A DNA stretch of 63,287 nucleotides, the filler included, from Asterionella formosa (lineage: Eukaryota), in assembly GCA_002256025.1 (NCBI GenBank). It is 17 parts of 17 records of this genome, joined end to end, with 100 filler letters (N's around TTAATTAATTAA, not from the genome) between each part and the next. Parts side by side here need not be neighbours in the genome. Positions count along the whole stretch, not along the records: positions 1 to 21,092 come from NKIB01003114.1; 16 more parts are not named here. One strand, written 5' to 3'. The notes beneath the pieces are model-generated. The model saw nothing but the letters and a program-made list of their open reading frames with translations. It made no database searches and was not told where the DNA came from. The translations under genes and the position numbers were made by a program. Of the stretch, positions 1-13,009 are shown in pieces. Positions within the stretch are counted from its first letter, which is position 1; each line of letters begins with the position of its first letter.

Positions 1-1371
1 TGCAAAAAACCGAAAGTCCTATCGGGCATAGCGTTGAGACGATGGATTGATATCAAAGACAACTCAAATTCCACAATGCGGCTCGGCAGAATGCTATTTA
101 TGTATTCGGGATTTTTGTTTTTGTTTTACTAGGGTATGTACGTGCACATGATAAACAGCACATCCATAGATGTGGCGACTTGGCAATTGGGATATCCAAT
201 TTAGAGCGATGCTAATTGCATGGCATGGCAGAGGTCACGTATACGCGAGTATGGCATTTCTCTGTGACCTGGAAAAAATATGTATTACCGCGCACCTCGG
301 TGGACCTTGGGAAATGTTAGCGCACTTCACAGCTGAATGCAGGAACGGATTGAATGAATAATTGTATACCGGTAGATGCTCCATGACAACCTTTTCGCAG
401 GGAATGATGAATGTGATTCCGATTTAAGTTCATGTTTCAAGACTACCGGTATTCTACTCGCCACGGTCACCATCGCCCAATAGTTTTATTAGTGTAGTAG
501 TATATAGGAAACGGAGAATTTGTAACGAGAACCCCTTTCCATGAATTGATCTTCTCTATTACAACTACAGGTGTACTGAGGTGTTGTTATATGTTCCGCA
601 TCGTCGGTTGGATTTTTTTTCTTGTCTAGCGAATCGACGCTTTTGGTTCACTGGCATCTTTCGAATGCAGAAGGATCATACCAGTACAGGTTTCTATCTA
701 CCGGTATGTAGATCACCATAGGAAGAAAAATGTACACATGATGCTGTGCTGCACACAAGGCGAACTCATGGGGACTGGTCACGCGCAACAAAAACAATTC
801 CTACAGAATTTAATCATGAAATACGGGGGCATATAAATTTAGCTTTACATAATGCTATTGTCGGATACCATTCGAATTCAACGCTCTTTGCCACATCAAC
901 TACATTACAAGATATTCATTATTGGAAAGTTTAGATTTCAAATAACACGTATTGTGTTTAATCTTATAAACTCTGAGGCCTTTAATAATGGTAGGGGGAC
1001 ATCTGATCGTTATGTCCATGCAAACTTGCAGGGACAACTCGTCAAACAGTTTTCAATATACCGGTATGTAATTTGTAATCTATACATTGCTTTTTAATTC
1101 TTCATTTATCTACCCCGGTATTGAATATTAAATGATGATAATATAGAAGCAAGAGGTGTAGGCAGAGGAACACCTCAATTGATCACTCTCAATGGCCGAT
1201 GCCTGGCCCTAGAAAACGATTTGCAAAACAATACGAGCCTCCATCGATCGTTCATTCATTGAATAGCAACTTGCTGGAGTAGGCAGAAAATTTCTTAGCA
1301 ATTTGGGCGATTTCATTCGAGTTTTTTTCGTTGAAACTCGTACAGTGAGTGCCCTATCAGGGATCACCAAC

Positions 1372-4300
1372 ATGGCGAATAATCGGGAAGGCGAATCACC
1401 CTGGAACTGGACCCCTTTTGGTGATTTCTCGTCAGATCGGCCAAAAAGGATCATGAGCGGAGAATCCGGGCAAAGTATTATGTGAGTGACATCAAATGCA
1501 TAGACGCGTTAAAGGATTCAGCAGATGCAGCACCCCAGCATAATCTATCATATGTAGAAGGTATATGGATGATGAATGTCTCGCAACTTGGAACCAACGA
1601 ATAGGACCCATGATGCGCCAATAATTACAAGCATACAACTTACTCATCATTTTTTCAAAATTCAGGCATGATTCATCTGAATCCGAACCACATATTTTTC
1701 ATGACTCCGGTGCATCTGATTCAGAAGATACCGATGTAGCTCCTCCTCCCCTGCGAACGGAACGAGAAGATGCACTGAGTCCATGGAGGAGGTATAATAC
1801 TGGGACGATTTCTGGATTCGGTGGAGCATTATTTGCTGGATTGTTTGTCCGTAGTCCGCCTCCGCCTGATCATGTCCTCAAACACGACGACCCTCCTTCA
1901 GGAGCTGGCTTGGAAGGACTTGGAGAGACAGTAGTCGTCGAACCAGAAACAGAACCAACTAGTTTTGGCGCAGCATCCATAACTCTTCGAACGGCAGCTG
2001 CTGTGGTTCCATTGGCCACAAAGGGAGGAGATACCGATCTTGACGATCCTGGGGCGAATAACCTAAATGCATTTCATCAGTCGGATTCAACTGGAGCTCA
2101 CAGCGATATATCAGGAGCTAGTACAAATCATGATCAGGGGACCTCTGCTGGTGTAACTTCTGTTCATGATCATGGCGCTGCTGCTGCTGCTGGATCTAGT
2201 ATCAATGATGGAGGTGGTGCCGGACTTTCTGCGTATAATGATGGAGGGGCTGGAGGAGGGGCAGCAGTCAAGAGTGGGGCGTCAAGCGGCTCCACGATAC
2301 ATGACGGAGGAGGCATTGTTGTCGTACATTCTGGTAGCGGCGCTCCATCTAGTGGTGCCACTGTTGCTCCAGCGCCTCCATCCGCAACAACTTCACCGAA
2401 TACAGTAATGCAAGCGATGGCCGTTCAAGCTGCGTCCGCAGCTATTGGTGCTGTTGGAGCTGGAATGGGTTCTGCGGCAGCTGCCGCAGCTGGAGTCGTA
2501 AGTATATTTTGTACTCGTTTTTACCTGTTGTTCGCGTTTTTATTCGTATCTAGTTTGGATCCTTGATAATTTTGTCGCTTGTTCAATGGCTAACCTGTTT
2601 CTTTAATGAAGACAATTGCTGTTGTAGCCGCTGTTGTTGTAGCAGTCGCCGCTGCCGTGACTGCAGGAGTAGTTGTCTCAAATAATGCTAAAGTGGACCC
2701 AGAAAGATTTTTCCTATATCCTTCAGTTTCACCATCTATGGTTCCGACAACAGGTGATTGCATACGAAATGAAAGGGCAGAAGGAAACGTGCATATATTA
2801 ATGTCGGGAGTTCCCAGACCGTTCACTGCAAACGAAGCTGTGCTTGTTGGAGACCTCTTTCGAAAATCATACAATTTTATTTCAGCCGGTTGCGAAGATA
2901 TCTACAGGAGGGAGATGACGAAAGCGATCTTGGTCAATCAATCGCTGGTTAGTTTGAAAGGCGCTTTGACTTTCCTCGACTCGCAGTTTCTTGGAGAAGT
3001 AGAATGTTATGGTTGTCCCTCAGAAGATCCTCTCGTTGATGACGCACGGCTTCCGCTTCTAGATGGCTCCGGGAGCAATGTATCGACAATTGGTAATCAG
3101 AGATCAACGCGTATAAATTTTGAAAGTGGCCGATTCCTGAAAGGAAACAAGACGACAATTATTATCAACGAAGTTATGTTCAAGTTTGCCAACGCGCTCA
3201 CTGCGGCGGCGAATAATGGATCAATACCTGGATTTACGTCCATCATAGTGGGTTCAACACAGGCACCGGAATTGCCGTTGCAACCGATTGAAACTCCGTC
3301 AGCAAGCCCGAGCATTTTGCCTTTGACAGAATCGTCAATGAGTCTTAACCCTACAAATCGTTTTTCAAGCGAAGCTCCATCGGCTTTGGGTTCGACAATG
3401 CCTTCTGTGAATAGGACTGTTACCCCAGTTAATAGTCCTACTTCATCTCCCACAATCAATATGGCAAACATTGGCGGAAATACCACTTCATTTCCTTCAC
3501 AGACATCACCTTCTGCATCGGCGAGGCCGAGTAATACTCCAGGAAATCAAAAAAAAACTCCCATCCCGTCCCGGTCATTGGTTCCTTCTGCCATGTCTTC
3601 CCCCAAAACTAGTAATTTTCCGTCGGAAATGCCCGTGTCGCCGTTACCCTCAATGTTAGGACTTTCCGATTCTCCAACATTATTGGCGTCAGCGAGGCCA
3701 AGCGTCACTCCCGGAAATCCAACTACATCACCTTCGATATCAGCTGTTCCTACTTTAGGAATCACCAATTCACGACCAGAAGGCGTTTCGATTTCAAATG
3801 CTCCTTCAGTTGCAACTGGCAGCACGCCTGAACCCACAGCTAAGCCTTCAACGTCGCCAACAACTCTGCTTGATGTCAATCCCGGAAACCCGACGCTGGT
3901 GCCTTTGTCAAATACTCCGACATCATCGCCTATTCACTCACCGACAAAAGTTCCTTCACCTTCACCAACAGTCCTAGTGTCAGCTCGACCCAGCATCACA
4001 CCCGGAAACCCAACAGCAGCACCTTTGCTCTCAAATGCTCCTTCAGCTGCAACTGGACCCACTGTAGTGACTTCAATTTCGCCAACAATACAAACATCAG
4101 TTCTACCCAGCATTGCTCCTGGAAGCCCAACTCAGTTTCCTTCATTTTCAAATGCACCACCAGGAATAAAAACAACCCAGATGCCATCATCGATTCCTTC
4201 CCCTATAGAATCTGTAGACTCTATTCTCCCAAGTCACATGCCATCGACTGATCCATCGGGCAGCCCAACTGTAGGTCGAAGCCAAAGTCCTAGTATAACA

Positions 4301-7300
4301 TCTGGAAATCCTACGCTCTCGCCGTCTCTGTCGATACAGCCCGTTGTTCCACAAACCACAATTCCCTCAGGTGTTCCTTCATCGAACCCAACGTCGACTC
4401 CGAGCCTTATCCGATCAGTCCAACCTAGCGGTAGCCCTACAATAATGTCTATTCTTCTCCCGACAACAGGTCCATCACCGGAACCGACATCAAGACCGGG
4501 ATCTTTGTCGACAACTGATCCAACCTCATTTCCAACACCTGAGCAACCTTCCCTGCCGACTGTAGAAAATACAATTTCTCCAACGCCGGCATCCTCAGTA
4601 CCTCCCTTACCATCACCGATTCTATCTCTAGCACCATCCTATAGTCCAACACTACTTCCGACTCCAGGGCCGAGTAGCTCTCCTGAATCTAATCCAACAC
4701 GAGACCCGACATCAGGACCAACGCCTATCCCAACCACGTCAACAACGCCTGCCAACCCTATACCAACGCAAGAGCCCCGTGTTGTTCCGACTCCATCGCC
4801 AACTATTACTCCATCGACTGGAACAACAATCGATCCGACTCCAGAACCAAGCCTTCTTCCGACAAGAAAGCCAAAGCCAGGGACAACTCCTCTCCCGACC
4901 GTGAAAATAACAATGTCTCCAACACCGCGACCAACTTTCGCTACGCCGACAAATCCAATTCTACTCCCAACACAAGGACCGACGTTATTTCCTACATCAA
5001 CTTTAACACCCGCACCAAATGTTGTAGATCCACCAGAGCTGTCGACAACCGACACACCCTCATCACTTCCATCGCTAACTAGTCCATTGCCTGAAACAAC
5101 TTCTCTACCAACACTAGAAATCACAATTTCTCCTACGCCAGTGCCAACGCGTACTCTGTCGACAGAACCGACGCAATTCCCAACGCCTGCTCCAACCCTG
5201 GTTCCAACACCAGGGCCGACGTCAGAGCCAAGTCTCTTGGCGACGAATATTCCAACCCCTGAACCAACATCGCTACCGACCGTAGAAGTCACACTTTTTC
5301 CTACGTCAGAGCCAATGTTGTCGCCGTCAGAAACACCAACTCTTTTGCCATCAGCTAGTCCAACAATAGTTCCGACACCAGGACCGACACTCATTCCTTC
5401 ACCATTACCGATATCAGAGCCAATGATTACGCCTTCGGCTAATCCAATATCTCTCCCAACGAATTCACCAACATTATTTCCAACACCGGGACCAACGTCT
5501 TTTCCGTCGAAAGTACAAATATTTATACCATCACCTACTCCGACGCTTATCTCGTCATCAGTGCCAACAGTTGTGTCAACGATAAATCCAACCCCAGAAC
5601 CAACACCTCTTGTGACAATGTCACCGACAAACTTCCCAACGCCGAAGCCATCATTGTCACCATCTATGTTACCAACTCTCTTACCATCACCAAGTCCGAC
5701 TCTAGATCCGACACCAGGACTGACATTGGTTCCTTCAAGACCTCAATCAACAGCTCCAATTTCACAGCTAACTTTTTTGCCGTCGGCCTATCCTATATCG
5801 GACCCAACACCGTCCCCGACACCTTCACCGACTCAATTTCCAACGCCAGAGCCAACGATTTTTCCTTCGGAAGTACCAATTCATTTACAATTACCTAGTG
5901 CATCTCTAGTTCCGACGCTGGGACGCACATTTCTTCCTTCCACAACTCCAACACATACGGCAAATGTAGTAGCCCCATCAGAGCTGATGACAACCGAAAT
6001 GCCTTCCCGGTTTCCTTTCACTTTGTTTTCCGAAACTCCAAGTTTCGCACCTAGCAAGTCTCCGACTATAAGCTCGAATCCAAGTGGGTCCCCGTCAGAT
6101 TTTCCTAGCTCAAGCAAGTCGCCATCGACGATCCCGAGCAACCATCCGAGTGTGATCAACGGCCCTACTCAAGGTCCGACTGGTATCCCAAGCATATCTG
6201 CAATCCCAAGCTCCCCAACTTTTTATGGAAGTATTAGCGCGATTCCTAGTATTTTTCCTAGCGACGCTCCAAGCAGAAGTGTTGAACTCAGTTCATCGCC
6301 ACCTTCTAAACCGTCTGAGAGTCACCGACCTGCACAATTTTTAATTAGTGCACCAAGTCGCACTGTGGTTCTTACTTCATCACTTAGTGAGACTCCGACC
6401 AAGAGCTTGAATCCAAGTGGATCCCTGTCAGATTTTCCGAGCTCAAGCAAGTCGCCATCGACCATCCCGAGCAACCTTCCGAGTGTGAGTAACGGCCCTT
6501 TTCAAGGTCCGAGCGATTTTTCAAGCATATCTACAATCCCAAGCGCAGAGCTTAGTTTTCAAGGAAGTATTAGCGCGATTTCTAGCGTTTTACCTAGCGA
6601 CGCTACAATCCGAAGTGCGGATCCTATTGCATTGCCATCTTCTAAACCTTCTGAGAGCTACCAACCTTCACAATTTGCACCAAGTCGCAGTGTGGTTCCT
6701 AGCTCATCACCTAGTAAGACTCCGTCCCAGAGCTTGAATCCAAGTGGGTCCCCGTCAGAAATTTTGAGCTCAAGCAAGTCGCCATCTACGATCCCGAGCA
6801 ACCTTCCGAGTGTGAGTAACGGCCCTTCTCAAGGTCTGAGCGAAATTCCAAGCACATCTGCAAACCCGAGCTCAGTGCCTAGTTTTCATGCACGTTTTGG
6901 AGCGATTCCTAGCGTTTTACCTAGCAACGCTCCACTTCATGTGCTCTCAAATACTCCATCGCGGATGTGCACACACGTTAAGTTAGATTTTTCAACTTCT
7001 GGTGATAATACAGCACTACATGGTGGCGAGTATGTGAAATACGAGTGGCTGAAGAAGTATGGATTGACAATATCCTCAAATCCTGCTCGAGGCGGGATTG
7101 CTCCGAATGGGCATGCTCGAATCTTCAATACTGAAAACAAACTTGAGGATAGCGGCTCGCGACTCATCCGAAGTCCTCATCGCTATTGCGGTTCAGATGG
7201 AAATCCTTGGGTGGACAATGGCGATCCAGGACGTGGGGTTGACGGTAGACCCGGTTCTCCTGGACAAAATTGCGAATCTCAAGGAAATGCAATCATGATC

Positions 7301-8737
7301 CAAAATGGGAATATAGATTCAGTTGATGCTAGTCCAAATGGAGGTGAATTGGTATTTGAATTCGAGCCTCCTGTTGCTTTCTTTGATAGTTTGGCCTTCC
7401 TGAACATGGATTCCGACGATTCTATTACAGTCTTTTATTCACATAGTCGGAGTCGAGTTATTTCCGTGAATGCTTTTGGTCGCGGATCATTCCAAATTGT
7501 CAACGTGACAGAATATGATGTCGAAAAGATTAGCGTTGACATTACAAGCATTCGCGCAATCACCGACTTGAAATTCTGTTTTTTTGAACCCCTTTCACCG
7601 CCGCCTCAGATTGACACTTTGCTGGAGTCTGCTGTACAAACGTCTTCGTTCTGGAGTCGACAAATTCAAGTCGCAGTTGAGGAAGTGAGTGAGAGAGACT
7701 ATCTTCCCTCATGCTCACAAGGACTTTTCGGAATCAATAATTTTAACATCCTGCCATCGAATGGGAACACAGTCACGTTTATGCTCAAGCATCGGTTTTG
7801 TCCTAACATCGAAATTTTTGTCATGTGGTTTAAGCATGAAGAAGAGAATGTAGGTAGACTCTCCTGTCACCAATTCAATCAGGTACGATGCAGCAAACAC
7901 ATTGACACTAAATTTGAAGCCAGTTGCAATCATGGTCGTGCCACTATTCACTTGGCGGCCGTGGACGAACATAGATTTTTCCAAAATATTTCCTTGAGTA
8001 ATGATTTAGGATGCATTGATATAATTCCACGTTTGGCGGAAGCTGGTTTCAACAAGTGCTATTGGGTAATGGATATCCCATGTGGCGGAATGGAAAGGGA
8101 TGGTGTGTTTCCATCACTGAATGAAGCCATCATTGAAAAAACTTATGATTTCAGTAGGACAGAGGTACTGAGAGACCTTGAAAAGCAGATCCAAATTGAA
8201 AGAAGCGCACTTGGCCTCCTCACCTCAGCCAAAGAAGATTATAATGTCGACTGTGAAATTGCTCTGGACTCGTCCATTTACAGAATTCCTGTCGAAAATT
8301 GCAATGTTCCTGACTTTGACAGTTCCATTAGAATCATCAACCAAGGGCTGGATTCTGTCACATTTACTGTCCACCAAATGTGGAACTCATGCCAAACGAA
8401 TCGTTCTGACAGTGGGTTTAATTGGTTTGCCACGGATTATGTCGCTTTGGATAATGAAATCCATTGCGATACAGCCCGTAATACGACATGTGGTGATGTT
8501 GTGACTTACACAGCTCGCTGTGAAAACTGGGATACCGTTATTGATTTGTATATCTTCAATGAGTCCGGCCTCTGTGCCCAATCAAATGATGCCCTCTTGG
8601 TCCCTCCGCTGGCTTGTGATCTCCCCACGGAAATCAATATAGCTAATATCTGTCACTTCCGATACCTGCTCCACTGCTCTCCAGTGAAATGCGAAGGTCG
8701 ACGGCCAACTAGACGATATCTCAAAGGATGGATATAG
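1372..8737 (+). CDS. Giant mucin-like (Pro/Thr/Ser-rich) single-pass cell-surface protein with C-terminal Cys-rich domains; 3 exons (1372-1481, 1666-2497, 2612-8737), ~2355 aa
   Basis: Introns 1482-1665 (GTGAGT..TTCAG) and 2498-2611 (GTAAGT..CTAAC..AAG) join three ORFs in phase. A hydrophobic stretch (AAAAAGVTIAVVAAVVVAVAAAVTAGVVV) spans the exon 2/3 junction. It is followed by ~1200 aa of PTS repeats and then Cys-rich globular regions. Confidence 0.8.
6050..6930 (+). repeat. Three in-frame copies of a ~330-bp (~110 aa) coding repeat
   Basis: The NPSGSxSxxxSSSKSPSTIPSNxPSVxNGP block recurs at ~6077, ~6410 and ~6737 with high nucleotide identity. Confidence 0.9.
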
Positions 8738-8789
8738 CACACCATAAGTCTGCGCACTTTGACACATAGTCTGGCATGTAATGGCAACA

Positions 8790-8912
8790 GCTTACTAATC
8801 ATAATAGCCTAGTAATGTAAGAGAATACTAGTGGGAACAGTGTACTAATTATAATAGTCTAGTGATATTAGGTGACAGCTAGTGGGAACATCGTACTAAT
8901 CAGAATATTTTT
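8790..8912. repeat. Degenerate ~50-bp tandem repeat (~2.5 copies) in the 3' flank of the mucin gene
   Basis: TACTAATYATAATAG..TAGT..CTAGTGGGAACA recurs at ~8793, ~8843 and (partially) ~8894. Confidence 0.7.
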
Positions 8913-9560
8913 GAGATGTTAGGAATATTCGCTCATAAAAGCTATAGGTAATAAAATGTTAATCATCTTATCTTGACACCAAATAAACTCATAATTCCAG
9001 TACCGGTAGGTCAACATGTACGAATATCTTTGTGCATCATAACTTCAATAAAAATGGACCAACATGACTGCCGGTCAGGTGTTCAAATATCCCTTGCTAC
9101 TCCCCTTCATTGATTGAGGTTGCTTGGAAAAATGAGGATGATGAACCAATTCAATGTGATCACAATATTATGTCTGAACATCTTTGTCATGACGGGATTA
9201 CGGTAAGCTCAGCACAGGCATCCATTGATGCTTATTTAGTAGGCATGCATCATCTTCCAATGGTTGTTGTGCTACTTCCGCCTGAACTCAGGATATTTGT
9301 ATGAAGAGTACAGAATAATCAATGATTGTTTGTTGAAGTTTCCTTGTTAATATGGTGCCTTGTGTGAGTGTTTCTATGTCAATGTTTCTGGGTGGTTGCA
9401 GGAGATCTTGTTTATTGACTATCAGTGGTATTGTTGCAAGATATTCCTGATCTAATGTGCCTTCCACAATAGGTTCAATGAGTGTGTGAAGACATTATGT
9501 GAGCCTTTCCCTAAATGCATATTTTATGTTGTGAGTTGCACCTCAGGTTAGGGTTGTGAT

Positions 9561-9809
9561 ATGAAATGTCAATTAAATTTATAGTATGTTAAAGCTATAC
9601 AATAATCGCATACACTTGTGCCCACTTGAATGGAATCAATTAGTATCAGTCATTTGATTCATCCATATGGTACAATGTGACTGTCTCTTTGCCAGCCTCA
9701 TCCCTGGAACCCTACATAGGAACTACTTAAAAGAAAGACAGGCAGGTGGAGAATGCAGGAATCGAACCAGCCACCTCATGAGGTGTGCTAACCAATTAAG
9801 CCATTCCCC
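9561..9809 (-). mobile_element. Candidate tRNA-Ala-derived SINE (~250 bp) with a 16-bp target-site duplication
   Basis: The tRNA-like head occupies 9809-9747. The direct repeat AGGTTAGGGTTGTGAT at 9545-9560 and 9810-9825 abuts the head's 5' end exactly. Confidence 0.55.
9747..9809 (-). pseudogene. tRNA-Ala-derived sequence with a collapsed anticodon arm
   Basis: Minus strand reads GGGGAATGGCTTAATTGGTTAGCACACCTCATGAGGTGGCTGGTTCGATTCCTGCATTCTCCA. It has a 7-bp acceptor stem with G3:U70, A73, an A-box-like D arm and a GGTTCGATTCC B-box, but is only 63 nt long. Confidence 0.75.
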
Positions 9810-10466
9810 AGGTTAGGGTTGTGATTGTGATGGTAATTTGAGTCAGTGGTCATGCAGAGGCTAGCACCTTGAATAAGTGTGTATATTATGGGATCCCCCT
9901 TGTAATGTGCGCTATCCTGTAGAACTAAAGAAATTTACTTAGGTCCATTATAAGGGAAATCTCTTCATTTTCCTGGGCCCCCTTAAGTAAAATCAGTCAA
10001 ATTCAGTCACGGCAGTGTACATTGGGGGGTCCAGGACAATGAAGTATAAGTTATCTTTGCACATCATAACTTCAATAATAATGGACCAATATGACTGGTG
10101 CCTATCAGGTATTCAAATATCCCTTGCCACTACATATCGGCAAATGCAGTTTTACATCGACCGGGCCACTCAAATATTTCCGGAAAACCGAATACGAAAT
10201 GTCACTATCATTATTATAATATGCATGGAATAATTGTAGTTCAGTATATTTTCTATGGTTGTTATATTTACATCAACTATACCGTCGGATATATTTAACA
10301 GTTCCTTACCATGATCAAACTAGCAATTAAATTGTATAATTTCACGTGTTTATGGCAAGAAATGTGTATGGTACAGTTATAACAACTAGATTTGATTTCT
10401 TTTTGAAAAATGAAGTGGATAGGCTCACACACTCTTGCAAGTTTGGTCAAGTTGATTTCATTTCTG

Positions 10467-11471
10467 TTAAAACTGCTCAGGACCAAACTTAGACTGTAGT
10501 GCATTCAACCATCTCTTATCATCCTTCCCTATGTTTGTGACTTTCAAGTCTTTCTGTAACCAGGAAAAGTGATGTGCAAGATAGTCCTTGTAAATGTATC
10601 TCATGGGATCACATTCATCTAGCGTTTCAAGACGGGCTCCTGGAAGGACATTGCGATCATCAGATAGACAGATGCAAGTAGAAATTTCAATTTTCGAAAA
10701 CATGCTGGAAATGTACCACCGTCTTGACAAATAGTCAATGCGTTCACTTTCCAGCCTCCACCCAATATCTTGTAAATGATCATATACTTTGCACATGTTG
10801 CGTGGTCTAGAGTTGGTTGGCTGCAACAAGATATGCTGGCAGCCGATTCTATTCAACTCGTTTTCTGTCAAGATAGTTTTCATGGTATTGACACCCATAC
10901 CAGCCAAACAAATAACATCAGTCTCGTTGTCCTGCAATGCCTCCATTCCATTTCCAAGTCTAAATTGAATGTTGAGATCCATCTGTTGGTCACGTTGTGC
11001 CATGCGCTTGTACAAAGTGTCTTGTAAGGCCAACCCTCCTTGTAGCGCTTGTGGGGACACATCGATTCCCACAACATTTTTGAATTTCCCAGAGACCGCC
11101 AATCCCACTGTAAGGAGTCCGTGATCACATCCAATGTCGGCAACAGAAAAACTATTAGGCGTTGCTGCTATACTGCATCCTAAATCGACCAATGGTCCCA
11201 GGCGCTTCCATGTCTTGGCGCGACCAGCCAAGAACGAAAATGCGGTTTGAGCGATATTGAGTGGGTCGTCGTGGTTCTGACATTTATCGGTATGTGGACT
11301 GGCATGTCCTTCATGTTTTGTCGACAAAAGCCTTCGATTTATTGGAGTTACCTGGAAGCGTGATGCCTTCGATATGGAGAAGGCATCTACCAGCAGTACT
11401 TGAAATACCGGTACTGAACGAGTTGAAAGGAAAACGGCCATGAACAACAAGGAGCAAACTATCCTTTGCAT
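10467..11471 (-). CDS. trmK: tRNA (adenine22-N1)-methyltransferase TrmK family, probable plastid-targeted precursor
   Basis: Motifs VADIGCDHGLL, RLGNGM, ICLAGMG and LLQPT. The N-terminus is a hydrophobic signal followed by VDA-FS and a Ser/Arg-rich transit-like segment. Confidence 0.85.
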   Translation of the reverse strand: MQRIVCSLLFMAVFLSTRSVPVFQVLLVDAFSISKASRFQVTPINRRLLSTKHEGHASPHTDKCQNHDDPLNIAQTAFSFLAGRAKTWKRLGPLVDLGCSIAATPNSFSVADIGCDHGLLTVGLAVSGKFKNVVGIDVSPQALQGGLALQDTLYKRMAQRDQQMDLNIQFRLGNGMEALQDNETDVICLAGMGVNTMKTILTENELNRIGCQHILLQPTNSRPRNMCKVYDHLQDIGWRLESERIDYLSRRWYISSMFSKIEISTCICLSDDRNVLPGARLETLDECDPMRYIYKDYLAHHFSWLQKDLKVTNIGKDDKRWLNALQSKFGPEQF

Positions 11472-13009
11472 GCTCAATATGATCGCTATACGTTTAATAT
11501 TTCTCTTGCAGTGTTGCTCGTCAGCGTCAACCTGTCTCGCCGTTTTATGCTGAGGATCAAATTATAATAGAGTAGAAGCTTGTGCGTCATGGTCGCTTTG
11601 TAAATCAATCACAGAGAAATTATTAAAAGCATTTTGTCTCGCCTCGGGGACCAGGAAGTATATACATACCGGCATTTAATTAATAAGTTTCCTGCATTTC
11701 AACCCTAGATTAGAGGTAGGGTTCAAAAACAAATTCGACTCAGACTAATCAAACAAGTAGAAACACATAGAGATTCCTGATTCCTGATCAGGTTATGAGA
11801 GTGTCAATATATTTTCGTCTCTAGTGACCTGATTAGGAACATGTACCAAAATCCACTAGATGATTGATTCAAGATCACATGGTTAAATATCGCATGTAAA
11901 ATGCCACAGTTGAGAGAGGAACTTTCAGGAGAAGTTCTCTCTAACCTGTTAATTGGACTCTAGAAGACGATCAGACCTAGAGGCCAAATCAATAAATGAT
12001 TGACTAGACAATTACAGATATGTCCGCAACATCAAGGAACATTAAAGAAGCAAACTAGATATGATCTAGTTATGATTCACAGGATCATTCTGTAAGCAGT
12101 CTTCGATCAAACAGCATCTGGCCTAAGTTGAGACAGGCCAAGATTAAGACAAATGTGTATTTTGGAAGAGGATGTAGTTTATTCTCAGTTCAAGTTGGGA
12201 ACACAAATGAACCTCGCCTCCGAAGATCACCTCTATTTTGAAACATGCATGAGCTTGGAAGTTTCAAAATTATACATTCAAATTTACATTTACATCATTT
12301 ACATTAAGCTCACTCTTTTATAAAAACAATTATTAGCAAAGAAAGTAAAACAAACAAATTGTGTAGAAACATTTTTCTAGCAAATTTTACTGCGTGAGAG
12401 CTACAGATACGTAGCATCTACCAACTAAACACATACTTTTCACGTCTAAATTTATATGTATATCGCCACTCAGAGCTTTCACATTGGACACCTTTTCCAT
12501 ATCCTTAGATACAGCCATTGATCGAAGTAGGGGGGGGGGGTATAGGTCAACTCTCTGTAACGTCAGTATGTATAGGATAAAGGAACTTCGATTTTTTAAC
12601 TATGCTGAAAATAGTGGATTTTACAGGGCCAACTCGTTTATTTGGCCTAGTAAAAACCCGATGTTCCTTTCTGCAGTTTCTCGCCCAAAGTAAACTTCTG
12701 GGGCTACATGAAGATGACAATGTACTTAAATCTTCTTCAAACCCTACCAACGTTGAGCTATCGTCCTCCAAAAATTCGACAAAATCAGCCTTTTCAACTG
12801 TCTCCAAAATGTTGGAATCAGAATCAGTAGTTTCTGAAACGTCATCATCAGAATGGTAGTCTTGTGCTAAAATATTTAGTCGTAAAATTTCCTGTACAAA
12901 AAATTCCATAGTAAGTGCCCGCTTCCAAATATGTAATATGACTGGGCAACATGAATTATTTATTTACCTCCATTGAAGGAAGTTACGAAGAAAACACAGG
13001 TGAATTTTT

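Larger units (their letters stand above)
9025..10130. repeat. Pair of ~80-bp direct repeats about 1 kb apart
   Basis: TATCTTTG..CATCATAACTTCAATAA.AATGGACCAA.ATGACTG..TCAGGT.TTCAAATATCCCTTGC.AC at ~9025-9100 and ~10052-10130. Confidence 0.8.

Noticed and set aside
4639..5394. 251-aa Gly/Val-rich minus-strand ORF, and similar antisense ORFs over the mucin, AP2 and FG-GAP genes
   Set aside because: Shadow frames of Pro/Thr/Ser-rich coding sequence.
9747..9809. Functional tRNA-Ala gene
   Set aside because: No anticodon loop and too short, so treated as tRNA-derived.
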